A stretch of DNA of 36,977 nt from Pelomyxa schiedti (taxonomy: Eukaryota > Protista > Evosea), in the NCBI GenBank assembly GCA_020536535.1, contig JAHLWZ010000460.1, positions 1 through 36,977 on the forward strand, read 5' to 3'. Below are positions 34,658-36,977 of this stretch, one piece after another. Within the stretch, counting starts at the first letter, position 1. Each line of letters opens with the position of its first letter. A program made the position numbers and the translations under genes. The notes beneath the pieces were generated by a model. It did not search any database and was not told the DNA's origin. It was given only the letters and a program-made list of their open reading frames with translations.

Positions 34658-35882
34658 ATGGACGGCGAAGAGGCACCGACACCGACAACACCGACACCGA
34701 CACCGACACCGACGGCGGCGCCTGCACCGCGTGGGACACGCCAGTGGCTGATAGAGGAGCGCATGCGGCTGGTGCAGCGAGCGCGCGAGAAGATNNNNNN
34801 NNNNNNNNNNNNNNNNNNNNNNNNNNNNNNNNNNNNNNNNNNNNNNNNNNNNNNNNNNNNNNNNNNNNNNNNNNNNNNNNNNNNNNNNNNNNNNCACCGA
34901 CACCGACAACACCGACACCGACACCGACACCGACGGCGGCGCCTGCACCGCGTGGGACACGCCAGTGGCTGATAGAGGAGCGCATGCGGCTGGTGCAGCG
35001 AGCGCGCGAGAAGATGGAGAGGCGGGAGGGGATGGAGAGCGACATCGACGAGGTCATGACGTTCCTGGGCGACCCGGCCATCATGTCGTTCCGCGTCATC
35101 GACGACGACGGGTTCCCCAGCGGCGACGTCGACACTATCATCAAAATAAAGGAGGCACAGCAGAAATGCGCCAGTTTGTTGTTGTTGTTGTTGTTGTTGG
35201 GCACCATAAAATTATAATAATTTCTTATTATTATTGTTGTAATTATGATTGACAGAAGGACTGGTTATCCACACTAGATTTATCTGGTTAATAATACTTC
35301 ATGGTTAGGGTTGCAGAACGATCACGTCAGAATTATGCACGAGATTGAAGACCTTATAGTGCGCCTCCACCAATTAGACAGAGAGGCAGATGAAACAACC
35401 ACCGTGCAGACCTCTGCAGCTCCAACTTTACCACCTGTATGCAACTTTTTTCTTTTTTTTGGAAAAGCAGGGTTTTTTTGCCTCACTGTTGATAGGCTCT
35501 TGCCATTGTGGATGAAGTATCGGTTGGAGGGCCTGCTTACTCAGCAGGGTTCAAGGTTGGAGACAGAATTCTCAAGTTTGGTAGTGCGTCTGTAGAAAGC
35601 TGTGCCACTGTACCGAACAAACTTTCTGCCATAGGCACTATTGTTGGATCTAGCATTGGAACGTTGTGTACCCGACTATTTGGAAGATTTCTAATTTCAC
35701 ATTCAGTGACGTGGAGGTTAAAGTGTTCAGAAGTTCTGGTTCTACTTCAAGGACTCTCACTCTTTATGTACTTCCCAGCAAGTGGAGTGGCTCTGGTGTA
35801 CTTGGGTATGCATTCCCGGTGAAGAAGCAACTCTCCATTAATTTTATTTAGGATGCACCTTTCTCCAGTGACAGGAAACTGA
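34658..35882 (+). CDS. PSMD9: 26S proteasome assembly chaperone Nas2/p27 (PSMD9); first exon duplicated across a gap
   Basis: Nas2_N VIDDDGFPSGDVD..IKEAQ..LQNDHVRIMHEIE. PDZ IVDEVSVGGPAYSAGFKVGDRILKFGS..LPSKWSGSGVLG. Confidence 0.92.
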
Positions 35883-36246
35883 ATGTGTTTGTACACTTAA
35901 TATGAATAGTTAATCACGAAAGTATGCAGCCTCCCCTGTTAGGTTTTTGTGTTGGCCGTATTTCTCGCACCAATGTGAAGAAAGCTTCCTCGATGTTGGT
36001 TTTTCTCAATCCCGAAGTCTCTCTGTACATTTTCTTTTGTCATTTATTCAGCATTACACGAAATATACAATAGAATAGAGGGAAAAACCAACATGAAAGG
36101 ACAGTTCCAGGACTGAGCCACACTTTCACCCTCTCCTCTTGTTACANNNNNNNNNNNNNNNNNNNNNNNNNNNNNNNNNNNNNNNNNNNNNNNNNNNNNN
36201 NNNNNNNNNNNNNNNNNNNNNNNNNNNNNNNNNNNNNNNNNNNNNN

Positions 36247-36977
36247 ACCGTGGGCCAACCCAGGCACCATTCCGCCGGAACTCAGCACCCTCCTGAGGAA
36301 CCTCACCAGGACCAACACCGTGTCCATGTTCTCATACTCAAAGTGCGATTCCTTCGCGCTGGCACTCACGTTCTACGATGCCCTCCTTCCGGAACATTCC
36401 AAATTCATTGGAACCCCACAGAACGCTGACATGTCACAGTTCACAACAGAGGCTCTCCTCTCGTCATTCCCTCTCCCTGCGATTCTCTCAGCCACCACTC
36501 CACGATCATCCACACTTCATCCAGTCCTTGTTGGAATGATGCATCCTGACAAATCCAAGAGGCTAAACTCTGAAGGAGCCCTGTCACAGCTTACGCAATC
36601 ATTATTCTCCTAGCACTACGTTTGCATGTAACAAACCAAAATCACTGGACAAAACGACTTACAAAAACGTGTTTGTTTTATTTACTGTGTTGTACAGGGA
36701 AGGTGTCAAGGTGTTTCCTTTGTGATCAGGGGAAGGTCGTTGCCTGCTTTGTCATCGAAAACATCACCAGTTCTTGGGCTACCTTCTTCACCCATTGACA
36801 GCACTGCCGATGAGCCTATTGGTTTCACAACAACCAACTCCACTGCCTCTGTACTTTCAGAGGCTGATTTATTTGTTGTGCTGTCAATTCCCCCAGCTTT
36901 CACTGGGACTTGTGATGATAATGACAGCGACCGCTGTAGCATGGAATCCCTCTTCTTTAGGAGGAACAGCGTTGGCA
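36247..36977. repeat. Near-identical copy of 19335-~20065: kinase 3' end (36247-36613, +) and membrane-protein 3' end (36706->36977, -)
   Basis: Begins with the same accgtgggccaacccagg as 19335 and is colinear, with SNPs (e.g. TPQ/TQQ, RLN/RFN, EST/DST). Confidence 0.95.

Noticed and set aside
34674-34712. (ACACCG)n repeat resembling a telomeric or CRISPR-like array
   Set aside because: Coding Thr-Pro microsatellite in the PSMD9 N-terminus; no spacers and no cas genes.
1-36977. Non-canonical introns, alternative genetic code, tRNA/rRNA genes, transposases
   Set aside because: All junctions I reconstructed were GT-AG under the standard code, and no RNA-gene or mobile-element signatures were recognised by eye.

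Overview
This is an intron-rich, very compact eukaryotic (protist-like) scaffold window. Introns are mostly 40-70 nt GT-AG, intergenic spacers are 70-250 nt, and there are five 100-N gaps. The style resembles an amoebozoan such as Pelomyxa; that is inference only. By hand-splicing I reconstruct about 11 genes: (i) a large Ubl-rich/vWA/E2 fusion gene (5061-10800, -) and a tandem paralog running into the first gap (<1429-3172, -), with a divergent actin between them; (ii) head-to-head with the E2 fusion, an Ariadne-type RBR E3 with an N-terminal PKC-type C1 domain, a UBA and a C-terminal ZZ-like finger; (iii) two tandem vWA-coiled-coil-kinase genes whose kinase domains carry PINK1-like motifs and an HKD (non-RD) catalytic loop; (iv) a prokaryote-like (DUF3147-like) membrane protein; (v) ALY/REF with one unusually long intron containing a stop-generating alternative acceptor; (vi) a PAK kinase; (vii) a RasGEF-PH-RhoGAP protein lacking the arginine finger; (viii) a coiled-coil RING protein; and (ix) PSMD9/Nas2. 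The most notable observation is the contiguous Ubl/vWA/E2 + RBR E3 + vWA/PINK1-like kinase block, a candidate phospho-ubiquitin signalling or defence module. Several duplications and one duplication-inversion have microhomology junctions and may be assembly or whole-genome-amplification artefacts. Gene models are manual, and family assignments rest on remembered motifs rather than database searches.
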